In this document: piece after piece, positions 45,722 to 46,648 of the stretch
How positions within the stretch are numbered: position 1 is the first letter of the stretch
How the letters are laid out: the number at the start of each line of letters is the position of its first letter
Assembly (NCBI GenBank): GCA_038231135.1
Contig: JBBRLX010000034.1
Span: forward strand, 1-46,648
DNA from: Candidatus Eiseniibacteriota bacterium
GTDB lineage: Bacteria > Eisenbacteria > RBG-16-71-46
Length of the DNA stretch: 46,648 nt
Direction: 5' to 3'
The notes under the pieces: generated by a model
Databases searched by the model: none
What the model saw: only the letters and a program-made list of their open reading frames with translations
Told to the model about the DNA's origin: nothing
Translations under genes and position numbers: made by a program

Positions 45722-46531
45722 ATGAAGCGATTTGTGCTGGCGGCATCGACCACAATCTCCTGCCTGTTCGCCACCCATTCTGCTCAAGCTGCTCCGCTGA
45801 AGGGCGACCCAGCGCCGGCCGCGGGTACCGTGAGCATTCGGCGCGTGTTCGATGGCATCCGCAATTCTCAAAGCCTGCAAGGGCTCCGTAGGGCGACGAC
45901 CGCATCGGATATCGGGGGAGTCTTGTTCGTGCCTTGGGACATCAATAACCGCGGCCAGATCACTGTGGTGCACTCGGTGGGCAATGACTTCCTCGCGCGT
46001 GAGGGCCGCTGGGAACGAGGCGTCATTACCGATCTCGGGGTTAGCGTCGGTGGGGCGGGAGAACACTCTTACATCAATGAGCGTGGGCAGATTGCGACCA
46101 CGAACGTTTGCGATCCTCCCCTGGCCCGTGCCGTGTCTTGGGACGGCGCGCTCCAGGATCGGAGTGATTGCCTGTCCCAGCCATCGATCGTTGGTATGAA
46201 CGAGTCAGGCGCGGTGCTCGTAAACAGTGACAATGGGGCGAGATTTTTTGGCCACGGCAACCTCACGGTCCCAGGCATGGATCTGGCGACCGGGCTCAAC
46301 AATCGCGGCCAGGTCGTCGGCGAGATCGACCATTTCGACCCGGTCACCTTTGAACTGACGTCCTCAGAGGGGGCACTCTGGCAGGCGGGGAAAACGATCA
46401 AGCTGGGAACGTCCGCGACGGCAATCAATGATCGGGGGCAGGTCGGCGGGGTACAGGGTTCACACGCTTTCCTCTGGGATCACGGAGTCATGACCGACCT
46501 CGGTGGAGGGCCGTGCCCCGCGTCGTGTTGA
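45722..46531 (+). CDS. Secreted HAF-repeat protein, probably truncated at its 3' end
   Basis: GGAG RBS; signal peptide; INNRGQ / INERGQ / INDRGQV repeats and HAFLWDHGVMTDLG; ends abruptly mid-repeat. Confidence 0.8.
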   Translation: MKRFVLAASTTISCLFATHSAQAAPLKGDPAPAAGTVSIRRVFDGIRNSQSLQGLRRATTASDIGGVLFVPWDINNRGQITVVHSVGNDFLAREGRWERGVITDLGVSVGGAGEHSYINERGQIATTNVCDPPLARAVSWDGALQDRSDCLSQPSIVGMNESGAVLVNSDNGARFFGHGNLTVPGMDLATGLNNRGQVVGEIDHFDPVTFELTSSEGALWQAGKTIKLGTSATAINDRGQVGGVQGSHAFLWDHGVMTDLGGGPCPASC

Positions 46532-46648
46532 AAAAGGAAGTGGCGTAATCTTCCGGCTGCTCTAAACCAGCCGGCCGGAGGGCCGGTGTACCGGAGGACT
46601 ACACCGTGCAAGAATCTATCAGGAACGACGATACGCGTGAAATCACAC
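46521..46648 (+). mobile_element. Probable left end of an insertion sequence (IS256-like) with the start of its transposase at GTG 46606 (MQESIRNDDTREIT...)
   Basis: TGTTGAAAAAGGAAGTGGCGTAA end-like motif where the upstream ORF breaks; GGAGG RBS then an open frame to the edge; family assignment is from recollection only. Confidence 0.5.

Noticed and set aside
35333..46500. Integron cassette array
   Set aside because: No attC-like RYYYAAC...GTTRRRY sites seen between the genes and no integrase in the window

Overview
High-GC bacterial window, densely coding. The protein repertoire (several secreted proteins ending in a FlgD/T9SS-like Ig domain, and one ending in a SWGxIKxLYR tail) suggests a Candidatus Eisenbacteria/Latescibacterota-like diderm; this is an inference. 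Core content: BioY; scattered acyl-CoA catabolic genes (3-hydroxyacyl-CoA dehydrogenase, aldehyde dehydrogenase, thiolase, two crotonases); a DMT transporter; ArsR; a DEAD-box helicase; an esterase; a truncated globin; a TPR protein; ispH; and a redox cluster (LigB-like, AhpD, SOD, Bcp, Lon-N). Most notable: (1) a translationally coupled operon encoding exported VanW, an exported AMMECR1-domain protein and a thioester alpha-2-macroglobulin, with no pbpC or yfaP/Q/T partner; (2) a His/CxxC leader ORF ending in RAPP upstream of a metal-uptake operon (outer-membrane protein, SBP, permease) that has no ATPase gene; (3) a lower-GC array of modular secreted beta-propeller proteins that shows domain swapping, an orphan LamG remnant and a probable IS insertion at the right edge; (4) an fpg pseudogene next to an apparently acquired NHL gene, a MITE-like palindrome and several candidate operators. 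All calls come from motif reading by eye; no searches were run.
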